This document shows positions 26,157 to 39,495 of a stretch of 64,000 nt of DNA, piece by piece; position 1 is the stretch's first letter, and the number at the start of each line of letters is the position of its first letter. The translations under genes were made by a program, and so were the position numbers. This DNA comes from Octopus bimaculoides (taxonomy: Eukaryota): positions 32,657,003 to 32,721,002 of the forward strand of contig NC_068999.1 in assembly GCF_001194135.2 (NCBI RefSeq), in the 5' to 3' direction. Under the pieces are notes generated by a model. It was not told where the DNA came from, ran no database searches, and saw only the letters and a list, made by a program, of their open reading frames with translations.

Positions 26157-26186
26157 CTGCTGAAACATACCAAATTTACCAAAGGG
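26157..26186 (-). CDS. Candidate 30-nt microexon
   Basis: ttgttgttattcttctcgacag|CCCTTTGGTAAATTTGGTATGTTTCAGCAG|gtaaga. The length is a multiple of 3 and two frames are open (PFGKFGMFQQ; PLVNLVCFS). Confidence 0.3.
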
Positions 26187-27009
26187 CTGTCGAGAAGAAT
26201 AACAACAATTCTTTACCGTTAGGTTTTTAAAGAATTACGTTTCCAACTGCCTCCATTATTCCCCAGTGTACTTACAGGACAATTCCATTAATGTCGAATG
26301 TCTATGTATGAATATATATGTACATGTTTGTGCGTTTTTTGTTTTGCGATGTATGTGTGTGTTATTCCCCTTCTCCTCTGAAAGAAAGCTGCATAGATTC
26401 TGGAATAGGCGTGCAGTAGTGAGTATTGACAACAGTTGGTGCATGAGAGGGAGGTGCCTTGTTAAATGGAACACTGCACGAACACTTAAAACATACAATT
26501 CCAATGCTCTTGAATATGTTAACAATGTTTTTATATTTATATTTCTTCTTCATTTAAACTGACATTCTTTTGGAACAGAAGCACCAATTCTTTCTGCTAA
26601 ACTGTTGCCTGCTTTTCCTCTCTTATCATCATCACTCTGCCTCATTCTGGTACCCCAATTTTATCATTATTTTTTTATGCAAACAGGGGTTAGTCTACCA
26701 TTTTGATGCAACAAATCTTGCCAAATGTTTTTGTGGTGATTTTGGTTAGGTTTTCTTACATTCACAGTGGACAATGTTGTAATATCATTTCTTATGTAAG
26801 CCCAAAACTTGAAGAGAAGAGGAATGTGTGTGTGTGTTCATGGCTTTCCAAAGAATAATTGCAATGCAAGTGAGAGGAAACAGCTTCAACAGGGTTGCAC
26901 ATTTAGTGCTTGAAAATCTTGACATTTTCAACTACTCATTAGCATAGGGCTAATTAGCAAGGACAGTGGTTGAAGCATATTACTGGTACTTTATTTCATT
27001 GACTCAGGA

Positions 27010-27476
27010 GGCACAGGCATGGCTGTGTAATTGAGAGGTTTGCTTCCCATCCACACAGTTGATACTTTGTCACAAGGAAGGCATTCAACTGTAGAAAATC
27101 TTCCTCAGTTAATTCCATCTGACCCATGCAAAGCTTACTTCCCAACCACATGGTTCTGGGTTCAGTCCCACTTCGAGGAACCTTGGGTCAGTGTCGTCTA
27201 CTATAGCCTGAGACCAGTCAAAGTGCTGTAAGTGGATTTGGTAGACAGAAACTGAAAGAAGCATGTNNNNNNNNNNCCCCCACCACTACTTGGCAACCAG
27301 TGCTGGTGTGTTTATGTTCCCATAGCCTAGCTGTTCAGCAAAAGAGACCAATGAAATAAGTACCAAGCTTTAAAAAAAAAAAAAGGAAACTACTGGAGTC
27401 GATTCATTTGACTAAAATTTCTTCAAGGCAGTGCCCCAGCATGGCCAAAGTTTAATGACCGAAACAGATAAAAGAT
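27010..27476 (+). mobile_element. SINE family A with partially duplicated head and a gap at the internal microsatellite
   Basis: gcacaggcatggctgtgt head, ggttctgggttcagtcccac, 10-N gap at 27267-27276, tail gaccgaaacagataaaaga. Confidence 0.85.
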
Positions 27477-27768
27477 TGATAATGTTAACAATGATGGGAG
27501 GTGGGTGTTGGTGGTGGCAACTGTTGTTGTCTCTAGTAGTATTGGAATATAAGAATGTGTAACAGAGGTCACTGAATAGTGCCTGGTATTTTTTCTCTGA
27601 TGCTCGACCAATTCTACCATCCACCCCACTGATACTCTACCAACACTGTCCTCGTTCATTAATATCAACAATGTGTGGGGAAATTGTGCTTCAGCCATAA
27701 AGTTGTCTTTCTTTAAATTCTTGTTTTGAAAGCAAAGAAATATTCCAATCTTTGTTCATTTGTGGAAT

Positions 27769-27770
<2 letters not shown>

Positions 27771-27835
<65 letters not shown>
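27771..27835. repeat. (CT)n microsatellite
   Basis: Seen directly. Confidence 0.95.
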
Positions 27836-27837
<2 letters not shown>

Positions 27838-30013
27838 GCTATCAATTTCTCATGGCTGTTAAATTTGAAATATATCAAATGATATTTTAGAATTAACTTT
27901 CCTTTTCCTAAATTTTTCATTGATTATGTTTAATATAACATTTATTAAATGTCTTGCTGTGTTTCTTCACAAAATTCTTTTTTGTTCTTTCGAGATAAGG
28001 TGTCCCCTCTGGACTGCTTTTCAATCTACAATTATAAGGTCAATTATAGTAAATAGAACTTCCGTTGTTATATATAAAGTGTCTTCTGTTTAGCTGTCTT
28101 TTATGGTAATGTATCATATTAAGGCAGGCTTAGACCCAGATCACTGTTCACCAGTTGCCTTGGTCCAGTTCGACATTAGATTCATACTCTGTCTGTTGGT
28201 TTGTTTGTATGTGTGTACTGGGGTAGCGGGGTTGTAGGAGCCTATTCTACATCAGATTCGTCATACATAAAATATCCAGTGGACATCTTCCTCTGCCACA
28301 ACCGTTTTTTCCCCAGATATTTTATTGATGTCTTAGATACCTTAAAATTCTTCATTATCTACCTATATACTCCCTATTGTATTCCATACATAAAACATGT
28401 CGGCATTTGCTTCTAGATTGTTTTTAATTAGATTTTCTCTTAGATTTCCCCCCTATATGTGTTTGTTCATGTTAGTACCATGCATTATCAGTAGAATGCA
28501 AGTTAGTGCTCTCATTCATATTTCATTATGGACATTGTTTAGATTTGGCAGAGAAAATTCATTCCATTAATGAAAGATTTCCAAATTGTCTGTAAACTTT
28601 AATGTTTTACAATGTTAAAAGCACCACCATTATCTCTGTTGTTCTAATCAAGTGAAATTCATAATTGAAATTATATTTAGGTCAAGGATTTTTGTTGTTA
28701 TTTTTTTTCTTGTCCAGTTTGCTGCAGCTGCTGAGATGAGGGGGTATAACAAAACTGCGGTGGTGGTGGTAATGAACTTAATACTAAAATTAAGTATTAA
28801 TTTCAACTATAAATGAATTGCAACATGAACTTATAACATTCTTCAACAACAAATGTGCAATGAAGCATGCTTCATTCAGGTAGCCTGAGATACTAGCTTT
28901 TGTAAGTAGCTCTGAAGCTGCTTTAGTCTGATAGCAGTATTCTTATACAGGAAGAATGGTGAAGCCCACTCCGTTAAGCTTGAGTAGGTCTCTTGTTAAG
29001 TATGTCTTCTGTAGTCACTGTTTCTCACTCTCTGCATTTTTACTAAGATTTTTCAGTCTTTTCTGATCAATATCTCTCATTTTAATAGATTCAGTGTAAT
29101 GTTTTTGCTGTTTTTCCTTTTGCTTCTTTCAATCAATTTTCATTCTTTTCTTCTTATTGACATTTCAAAGCTAATGCCTGAGGAGCCTTCAAGGTAGTGA
29201 GGAAACCAACAAAACCTATACAAGATCCTTAAAATTTAGATGAATGATTTGTCACAACTGTTTTAGAAATAAATATTTTAATACTGAAATTTTCTGCTAT
29301 GAGAAACATTCATTAAAAAGAAGAGGCCTCAATTAAAATGAAAAGGTTTGACTCCTGAACTAAAATAAAAACAATGTTTAATATATTTTGTTCTGTAAAA
29401 GAGCACATTTGAGAATTGTTCTTTTTCTTTTTTTCTTTCTGGATAAAGAAAGTTAAAAAAGTTTTTTTATTGTTTTTCTATGTTTAACTGAAATTCCACT
29501 AATAGCGAACTAAGAAAAAAAAAAAAAGCCATTAGACTGAAAAGTACTTTCTGTTAGCAGCAGCTATTTGTAAAGAATATTTCTCTTGAATTTTGAGGAA
29601 ATCCTGTAAAACATTAAGTTTATTATTTTGGTTAAAAAAAAAATAGAAGCTGATGTCAAGATTAAAGTAAAAAAGAATATTCCCTGTTTAAACTTGTTAA
29701 AGATCTAAAAAATGACAGCCAAAGCTGTAAATTTTGAAATCAATTCTTCCTGGTTCAGTGGAGGAAATATATTTTTCTTATATATTTTTAACAAGACTGC
29801 ATTGTTACCTTCATTGTTTGAATTATTCTGAGAAATTTTGTCTACAGAGTATACTACTGTCAAATATATACAGTATATCACTGTATGTGCAGTGTATTAC
29901 TATAGATAACTTGTAGCTGTCTAATATGGACCATGTACTACTTCATATATAGAGTACTACTGTTTATATAGTATATTGTTGTATACAGTGTATTTCTCTG
30001 TATTAAGTGCATT

Positions 30014-30070
30014 GCTGTGTATACAGTGTTTGGCTGTGTATACAGTGTACGGCTGTGTATACAGTGCACA
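30014..30070. repeat. 19-bp minisatellite x3 with palindromic core tgtataca
   Basis: gctgtgtatacagtg.... at 30014, 30033 and 30052. Confidence 0.9.
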
Positions 30071-30117
30071 TGCAGTCTGTTGTTGTATACACAGTGTATG
30101 ACTATATGTAGTATATT

Positions 30118-30320
30118 GCTTTCAAGTTTTGGCACAAGGTCAGCAATTTTGGGGCAGAGATAGGTCAATTAGATTGACCCCAGTGCTCAACTGGTACTTA
30201 TTTTATCAACCCTGAAAGGGTGAAGGGCAAACTAGACCTCAGCAGAATTTGAACTCAGAACAAAGACAGGCAAAATGCTGCTAAGCATTTTGCCTGGCAT
30301 CCTAATGATTCTCCCAGCTT
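30118..30320 (-). mobile_element. SINE family B
   Basis: ttttggcacaaggtcagcaatttt...gaccccagtgctcaactggtactt...gaatttgaactcagaac...aatgattctcccagctt. Confidence 0.9.
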
Positions 30321-30774
30321 GCTGCCTTACTATATGTAGTATGTTGTCATATAATATATACACTGTAATTCTCTCAAGACATTCTAAGCCATGTAATGTA
30401 TTGCTGCCTAACTCGGACTGTGCTAAAATAAGTATCAAACATTTGGAAGAATTTCTTACAACAGATTCTACTTCCCTCCTGTTGTGAAATTTGATTGTTG
30501 TATCATTAATGAAACAAAAAAAACATTAATTTGAGAACTGACATTGTAATTAGAGTTCACAGTGCTAAGTGTACTGCTGCTTTAATGGCAGGGAATACTG
30601 TGCTTGTTTGTAAATAATGTGGTGATTGTAGTAGGGGTGGCTGTGGCAGGTAGAAGTACTGAAGTAATCATGATAGAGTTAAATTTATTTTCAAAGCTGC
30701 TGTTCCTACTTTTACTACTACTATTATTACCCCTATGACAAAAGAAAAAATTATTATTATTATTATCATCGTCA

Positions 30775-30985
30775 TGGCAGCAAGCTGGCAGGATCGTTAG
30801 CATGCAGAGTGAAATGCCTCATGACATTTCTTCTGGCTCTGTTTTGTGTTCAAATCTGCCGAGGTCAACTTTGCCTTTCATCCTTTCAGGGTCAATGAAA
30901 TAAGTACCAGTTGCACACTGGGATCAATGTAATCGACTAACCCCCTTCTCCCAAAAGTGTTCAAGGCCTTGTGCCTAGAGTAGAA
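30775..30985 (+). mobile_element. SINE family B
   Basis: ggcagcaagctggcaggatcgttagc...gaggtcaactttgcctttcatcctttcagggtc...ggccttgtgcctagagtagaaataat. Confidence 0.9.
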
Positions 30986-31659
30986 ATAATAATAATTATT
31001 ATTATTAATTCTCTTCTGTTTCCAACCATTCTTTATAACATCAGATCAAATGGAAAGTTTTTTCTTAATTTTCTTCTTCTGTAAACCTTTGGAAAACAAA
31101 TTTCTTTTTATTCTTATATTTTTTTAAGGTTTTCCTTTTTACTTTGTGCCATTTGCTAATAGAAGATGGAAGAAAACCAGCATTACATTCTTGATTCTTT
31201 CAAATATTTCAATATATATTTAGAACATAACTGTCTTGGAACACTGCAAAAAATAAAGAATTCCAATTTTGGTAAAATACATGGTTTACATTCCTTCTGC
31301 AATTTGTAAAACTTCCTCTGATAGTATATGATCCCAAGACCAAATGCATCATTTTAATTTACTTTGATCTGTCCACACAGGTCTACTCGCTTCTGTTCTG
31401 TTTTTTACATCAGATTCATTTGGAAATGGTTTTTCCTTTTAGTGATTCTGTTTCTCTAACTATGATAAACTGTAATTCAATAACAGATGTAACAAAATCT
31501 TCATGAATTACTTTTATTACCTGAAAGAATATTTTTTTAAAGCATAACAACAATGTACAAGTTTGCATCTCTTGAAAACCCAATGTGTGAGTAATATATA
31601 AAATGCTGATCAGTTTATGGTTGCACAAAAGTACTTGTTTCATTCATCTGTACACATGT

Positions 31660-32180
31660 AACTGGTACTCCGTCTGTTACAACAATGAGGGTTCCAGATG
31701 ATCCAATCAACAGAACAACCTGCTCATGAAATTCATGAGCACTCCACAGACACACATACCCTTAACTCTTTAGCATTCAGATTATTCTATCTAATGTATT
31801 ACTTATTGGTTCACCATGTTTAGAATTGCCTTAATTGGTAGCTTTGACATTTCAGTGATGTGATTATTTATTTTTTAGAATGACACTCTAGGATATCTGA
31901 GAGGCTAAATCTGACCAGTTTGAACTTACAAGAGATAGAAAACTTGTGCCTGATATGGCTGGTTGGAACGCTAGAGAGTTAATATAGTGCTCAGAGCGAT
32001 TCAATGTGACCCAATGTGACAAGGCTGGCCTCTTTGAAATATAGCTACTACTCATTTTTACCAGCTGAATGGACTGGAGCAATGTGAAATAAAGTGTCTT
32101 GCTCAAGACACCACCAGGTATTGAACCCATACCCTATGATAGTGAACTGAATATCCTAACCACTAAGCCACATGCATTCA
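31660..32180 (-). mobile_element. SINE family C, interrupted by a TTAA MITE
   Basis: Reverse complement of the 55577-55850 element (actccgtc.gttac.acaa.gagggttccag...gtgacaaggctggcc...aaagtgtcttgctcaagacac). Confidence 0.85.
31766..31978 (+). mobile_element. piggyBac-like MITE, TTAA target duplication
   Basis: TTAA|ctctttagcatt...cgctagagag|TTAA. Same family as 35779 and 52836. Confidence 0.8.
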
Positions 32181-32898
32181 CTATACACATAGACTTTAAC
32201 AACTGCAGTTATTGTATCTCCATTTGTTCATGAAATTTTGACCTTGGTTTCATAGTATTCTATTTCATTTATGAATCAGAAGCAGCTATCCATCATGTGA
32301 CTTGTTATAAAGCTTTATTTGGCCATCTTAATTTTCATCTTAATTTCTCGCTTTTCTTTCAACTTCAGATGATGAGGATTTGTGTGTGTATTTATGTATG
32401 AGTACTTGTGTGTGTGTGTGTGTGTGTGTGTATTCACATGTGTGCAGTCCATGAGTGTTCACCCTTCAATCACATGTTTTATGGTCTTAATTCTTCGGTA
32501 TTGGCTTCATGATTGATTTATTGATTATAAAGAGCAGTGAGGGTAAATCAGAAAGCATTCAGATATTAAACCTTCAAATTTAGACTTCTCTGCCAATTAT
32601 GGAACGATTTCACCAATGTTTTCTCCTCCTACCCTGAAGAGAGAAATTTGTGCAAAGCTTACATGCAATTCTATCAATGTTTGTCATTGAATTACATCCG
32701 AACCGATTGTCTCCCTCCACTCAGTCACTGCACCTGCACCTTTAATGGAATCTCCTCAGACACTGATTCCACCCTATCACTTATTGATCTTAACATGAAC
32801 ATACTAAACTCTTTAGTTATCCAACAAGTATTTGAGATTCTGATCTAATAGAAATGAAAGAATATTTAGTTAGACCAAATGGTTAACCACCCACTCAT

Positions 32899-32960
32899 TC
32901 CACTTCTCTTTCCCTTCCTTCCACTTCTCTTTCCCTTCCTTCCACTTCTCTTCTCCCTCC
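32899..32960. repeat. 21-bp tandem repeat (ttccacttctctttcccttcc) x~3
   Basis: Seen directly. Confidence 0.9.
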
Positions 32961-33604
32961 TTTGCTCTCTTCCAATCTGCAGTCCATTCAGTATATGTGT
33001 TACCCCCACCCCACTATCTCCCCCCTTCTATTTTATAATTATTTGTTGATAAATACTCTCTGATCACCATCAAACTGTTTCTGTTTTCTGGCAAACATTT
33101 CTGTATCGTTATCATTACACCTCTAATGCTTCCACCACCAACACCACTGACACCTCCACACCCTCTTCCACCATGCCACCACCTCCTCCATGTCAGGCAA
33201 AATAGCCACTACCTAACCCACTTTGTTCTGCAGTACCTTCTGATACATGCTGAGTCCAACCATTATGACCTTGCCCATCTCAAGCCAATGTGGAAAGCTG
33301 ATGATAATGACGATGAACACACATGTACACAGTAACACATACACACATGCACATCCATACATACATTGACTCCATATACAAACGCATACGCAAACCTTAT
33401 ATACTCACATTATATGCAACTGCAGTGCTTACTTTGTGTATTTAACTGATGATAGTCTGATAATAGAAGAAATTGGTTAGAATTCCTCTATCTTCACATT
33501 ACTTTGTGTCTATAATTTTGTCGTGCTGGGTATGCTGAAGGAGGCTTTAAGTGGTGGTTAAGTAACATACTAAGTTTCACCTATAGTATGTGTGTGTATA
33601 TATG

Positions 33605-33686
<82 letters not shown>

Positions 33687-33803
33687 GTACCTAGGCCTAT
33701 TTGCTAGAACCACTGGCCTAAATACTTAGAACAGAAAACTACCTAAGGTACTCAAAAAGCAGTATTGTTAGATTGGGTGGTACATGAAGCCTATCACCTA
33801 AAC

Positions 33804-34036
33804 TGGTGCTTCTCAACCAGGATCCATATAAGATGTTGTTGTTTAAACTTATGTGCAATAAATTGGTTGTACTTCTACAATACATAAAATATTTTAACAA
33901 TTTTTTATACAGTTCATAGTAATATTTAATCATAATAATTTAATAGGGTTTTTTCAACATCAAATGACTATGGAGTCTACCTGAGTCAAATAGGAATCAA
34001 AGGGGTCCTTAGAAAAAAGATGGTTGAGAACTACTG
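33804..34036. mobile_element. hAT-type MITE (233 bp)
   Basis: TIRs tggtgcttctcaacc / ggttgagaactactg and a perfect 8-bp TSD acctaaac (33796-33803 and 34037-34044). Confidence 0.9.
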
Positions 34037-34463
34037 ACCTAAACTAAACACAAGAACCAGTTAGTGGTGGTATTAAACTATGTGCTGTGCAAGATCTAAA
34101 CACATCTGTGTATGATGGTGTTTAACTGTGTGCTATATTTGATGTGCCATCTAAGCACATCCATGGACCAGTTAGTAATATTAATGACATGTTCTTTTAT
34201 CAGAAGTTCATTTTTTTCTTTCTGATTTTCCTAAATTTGCAATCACAGGATTTTATACTTTGAAATAAATTTTATGTTTGATGGTTTCCTTAAATATTTA
34301 TTTTTCTTATTACAACAAATTATTCAACATTTATTTATATTTATGTGACAGATTTACTAGCTTTTTCTTTTTAACTTCTCTTTTATCTTCCTTATTAAAT
34401 GTTTCTTTAATAATTAGGTTTCACTTTAATTTGTTTTACACATACACTGATACACACATGCAG

Positions 34464-34500
<37 letters not shown>

Positions 34501-35341
34501 CTTTTGCATGCACATCACATACATGCATACATAAATATGTATTGAATTTTCCGCTCAGAAATTTAAATTAATTAGTGCTAATTTCCATGATAAGTTATTT
34601 GATATTCTAGTGCTAACCAATTCTAAAAGAATTTATTTATTCCATTAGTAGAACTCTTTCAATCAACCATCATTTGACATTATTATCTCTTAAATCATCT
34701 CGATTAGTTAGATGGAGAAGGAGAGATCTATAAGATATATCTTTCTCCAGGTGTTACTAAGTAATTTACCTTCCATATTATATTCAACAGATTGATCATT
34801 CATACACTATCCATTTAATTTTATTTATTTGTGTGAGTGTGTGTGTGTGCACGTGTGCGTGCACGTGTGCGTGCATGTTTATGTGTATGTGAATAATCGT
34901 ATGTGTCTATATATGTGTGTGTATATATATACATATATAAAACTAAAAACAAAACAGTGAACAGAAAAGCATTAAAAAAATATGAGCATCTTGAGAGGAA
35001 ACCACGAGAAGGAAGAAGACTGTGACAACTTATGCTATTATCAAACATCTATCTACTTTATCCGTCTTAATAAAGTCAATTTTTTTCTCACATCTTTTAT
35101 CCATTTATTGTAAAGGAAGTGTATTTACTGCTCATTGAAGATGATAATGGTTTTATTTCTGCTACTTACACTATTAATAAAGCTTCATTTTTTTTTATTT
35201 TAACTTTTGTTTTTTTTCTTCTTTTTGCTTTTGACTTGTTAGGTTTTTTTTGTTTTATTTTTCATATTATGCTTCCTTCTAAAGAGCATACTCTTGCCAA
35301 GAATATTTTTACAACAACAACAACAACTAATAATAATAATA

Positions 35342-35762
35342 ATGGTTCCAAATTTTGGTTCAAGGCCAGCAATTTTGTGGGACAGGGTAGGTCGATTACA
35401 TTGATTTCAGTACTCAACTCGTACTTTTAATAAACCTGGAAGGATGAAAGACAAAGTCAGCTTAAGTGGTATTTGAACTCAGGATGTAAAGCTAGAATAA
35501 ATGCCACTAAAACTTTTATCCTATGTGCTAATGGTTCTGCTATCTCACCACCTTCAAAATAATAATGGTTTCAAATTTTGGCTCAAGGTCAGCAGTTCAC
35601 TAGATCAATCCCAGTGCTCAACTGGTACTTTACTTTATTGATTCTGAAAGGATGAAAGGCAAAGTCAACCCCGGTGGAATTTGAACTCTGAATGTAAGAT
35701 GAATGAAATACTGCTAAACATTTTGCCTGGCACAGTAATGATTCTGTCAGCTCAACACCCTA
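35342..35762 (-). mobile_element. Two tandem SINE family B copies
   Basis: Two units (35342-35550 and 35562-35762), each with ggtt.caaattttgg...ggatgaaag.caaagtc...tttgaactc.g.atgtaa. Confidence 0.85.
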
Positions 35763-35778
35763 AGGCCTGCAATTTTAA

Positions 35779-35988
35779 CCCTTTAGCATTCAGGTTTCCT
35801 TGTCAAATGTATTGCTTATTAATTCTCATTGTTTTGAATTAACTTATAACTTTGAGATTTTGATGGTGTGTTTGTATATTTTTGGGATGACATTATAGGT
35901 TAGGTGTGAGAAGTTGTATTTGGTCAGTTTAAGCATAAAACAGGTAGAATATTTAGGCTGGGTATGGCTGGATAAAAATGCTAAAAGG
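35779..35988 (+). mobile_element. piggyBac-like MITE, TTAA target duplication
   Basis: TTAA|ccctttagcatt...aatgctaaaagg|TTAA. Confidence 0.85.
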
Positions 35989-36004
35989 TTAAGGTAAAGG
36001 AGTA

Positions 36005-36450
36005 CGTTATTATTGACCACAGTACCTGACTGGTACTTTATTTAATCAGCTCTGAAAAGATGGAAGGCAAAGGTGACCTCAGCTGGATTTGAACTTGGAA
36101 TGTATGGAGCTGGAACAAATACCAGAAAGTATTTCTTTTCTGATGCTCTAACAATTCTACCAACCTCCAACCTTTGAAAACCAAAGGTGGGATTTGAAGA
36201 CTTGGTGGGATTTGAACTTAGAATGTAAAAAAAAACAAAAAAGAACGGAAGACATTTTTTATTCAGGCACAAGGTTAGCAATTTTGAGGGGAAAGGGGTT
36301 AGGTGATGCCATCAACTCCACTTTCTAGGTTGGAACTTTATTTTATCAACAACTCTGAAAAGATAGAGAGCAAAGTTGACTTAAGTGGTATTCAAGCAAA
36401 GACTATAAAGAGCTGAAACAAATATGGCTAAGCAATTTTTCTGATGCTCT
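36005..36450 (-). mobile_element. Cluster of partial SINE family B copies
   Basis: Repeated ggtacttta...gatggaaggcaaaggtgacctc...gatttgaact motifs. Confidence 0.75.
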
Positions 36451-37263
36451 ATTTGTTTTTGTTGTTGAAGATGATGGTGGTGGTGGTGGTGGTGGTGGTG
36501 TTTTAAAACAGTTCAGAAGCAGGCATTATAGGTCATCTGTCCCCCTTTTCTAGAGATATAGTGCGTCTATGATTACATTAGCTAAATTGTTCAGTGTGTC
36601 TTTTTTTTTTTTCTTGGTAATGGAATATTTAGCCACTTTTATAGCAGGTCAAATGATGACTTGGTGGTTTCCTTGTTTAATGATTTTCTGGAATTTTAAA
36701 CCATTTAGCCAATCCAATATTAGTTCTGGAACGTTTAATGGATCTCTTTCTGAATGACTTAACCATTTTACAAAAAGCAGAAGACACGTGCTTCTTCTGA
36801 AGTGTGAAATTGCCTGTCTTTGAGAAGCCAACCTCTCTTGGCACATGCAAAATTTCTAGAGAATGCTTTTGTCAATCAATATTGTTCAATAACAAAAGAT
36901 TTCAATAACAAAAGTGTCCTGAAACTCTGTTCTGAAGAATTCTTGATTACTTCAGTGCCACTTGAACAATTAACTAATCTCTCTTTATATCCACTTAAAA
37001 CCATTGAGAAGCTACTCATAATGGTTTGTCATATCGTTATTGTTATTATTTAGGTAAGAAGCCATTATTGTTGTTGTTGTTGTTAACTGTAGCAAAATAT
37101 GCAAACTATCAAATGATTATGGTAGAAACCCATTTTCACAGACCAATTGTATTTTATTTCATTTTATGCAATCAATACACTTGAAAAGTATATGAACATC
37201 ACCACATCCCATCCCATTACTTCACCTCTTTCATTGGCATAAATCTGGAAGCTTGTTTCTTGT

Positions 37264-37325
<62 letters not shown>

Positions 37326-37334
37326 CTTATTAAT

Positions 37335-37545
37335 ATCAAGGAGTCAAGCTGGCAGAATCATTAGCATGCTGGACAAAATGCTTAGCAATATTTCATCTGT
37401 CTTTAGTTCTGAGTTCAAATTCCACTGCCGTTGACTTTGCCTTTCACCCTTTCGGGGTCAATAAAATAAGCACCAGTTGAACACTGGAAAAGATACAAGC
37501 AACTTACCCCCACCCTCAAAATTACTGGCCTTGTGCCAAAATTTG
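37335..37545 (+). mobile_element. SINE family B
   Basis: aaggagtcaagctggcagaatcattagcatgctggac...gttgactttgcctttcaccctttcggggtc...ggccttgtgccaaaatttgaa. Confidence 0.9.
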
Positions 37546-39495
37546 AAGCCATTGATATTATCATTTCTATAAGATAGTGTATAACAGTAATGGTACAATG
37601 CTGTACTAAATGCCTTTTGATGTTTGAATATGTCATGTTATGTTCTGAAATCAAATCCTCTTTACCTTTCTTTCCACTTTACCTTTCATTCTTTGATGGT
37701 TAATAAAATACAGTGATGGTGTTGGTGGCTGTGGTAGAGGTAGTGATGGTGTCTGGAAAATTACTGTTGTTGATGGAATTGCAATAATTCTGTCAGAAAC
37801 ATACCCCAACCTGCTCTGTATTTGGTAAGGATTTTAAATGATCAGCAAATCCTTCTGTGCCTGATTCTGTGTTAGAAAATTTGACTGTCTGACTGGAGGG
37901 GATAAAAAATCCTATTTCAAATCTGTGTTAGTGGGGAAGTGAAATCCTGAATAAGAATGAACTATCACAAATTCTGTGTTATTTAATTGTTAGAAATTTC
38001 AATGCAACCCATTCACTACAAATTGAAATGTTTCATTCTTGTATCAAAATATGATAGAGTACATGTTGCAGCATAATACTGATGCTACTTTTTTTGTTGT
38101 TGTTGTTGCTTTCTTTTCTTTTATTACTGTTTTACATTCTTCCCCGCTTTCTGTTTTATTTTTTCTTCCTTTTCCCTTTATGCTCCTTTATTCTGCACCA
38201 ATCAAATCGGTGAGTTGTTAGCCATCACATTGTTGTTTCTAGTTTTTGCTATTCACAAAGTTATCATGTTATTACAGGCTTATTTTTTTACTTAAAAGCA
38301 AGTGCAAAAAGAAATAAATGCTATATTGGAGAACCAAATGTTACAAAGAAATAAGGTGAACAATGGTGATAAAGCAAGTGTTTCCTTGTGTCTCTGTCCG
38401 AGACATGCAATCACAATACCATTTTCAGTGAATAGCGATCAAATATTGGGATAAGCTACAGTTTTGTGTTAACCTCAGTCACTTATGGTGGCAACCAGTA
38501 TAAACTCTCACAGTCTCCACTTTGGTTGGTTGGGTGAGTGGATGCCAACGACAGAACACTTGCATGTTTTGATCTGATATCTTTGCTTTAATACATTAAC
38601 TGCTGAATGTACCACCAGTGATTCATCACAGACTTCACACAACCACCATATACACCACCATTGCTACATTTTCATAATTTGAGAAAATATTTTATTCTGT
38701 ATTTTTGACATTGTTTCGAGGCTATTTAAATAACATGAGTGCTAAATATTAAAGTTTAGTTATAAAATATTGTAAAACTGCAAAAACAACTACATTTCCT
38801 TGTAACAGTATGCAGTGTGACTGGAAATAGGTGGTAGCACTGGTCATTTCCTGTAGCAAGCTGTGGCAGTTAACATATAAAATCTGTCAGTGACAATCAC
38901 TCAGTGATGAAACTGAAACAGTGACTGTGGTTCTTACCATAATCATCATCGTTGTTACTGTTGGTTAACCCTTTTAATACCAACCTGCCTAAGACTGCCC
39001 TTAGTTCTATGATATGAACTTTGATAAAACTAATCTAAATTAAAACCTTCCATCAAAATTCCAGGTTAATTTGTTTCAAATGCTATCTTGATAATGACAA
39101 AGTTATTTTGCTAAATTCTTCATTTTTTCAAACTTAACTGAAATAAAAGCAGTGTGTGACAACAGAAATATAGTAATATCATGTTTCTTATATTTGCATA
39201 GGTTGGCCAGGTCTATAAGTATGTGCTGTCTCTCCATATTTCTCTCATGCTGTTTTCTCATCTGCAAAGCTCAGTGCTTTGAGTTCTAATTTGACCATTT
39301 TCATTGCCAAGTGTATTTTATTCCTCCTCTGTCTGCATATACTATCTCACACTATCACTTTCTAATGTTGAACAAAACAAAACGAAGCTGCAAGATGGAT
39401 GCTGAACACTTCAACATTATAGAAATTATAGCTAAACCTTCGAATCATACCCTGAATCATATATCCACCCATGCATACATACACATATGTATATA

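Noticed and set aside
28150-29240. Possible decayed Penelope/LINE peptides
   Set aside because: Only 4-6-residue resemblances, too weak to call.
36600-37050. Coding-like stretch with 60-77-aa ORFs on both strands
   Set aside because: All frames have stops within ~60 codons, with no convincing donor and no recognisable motif.
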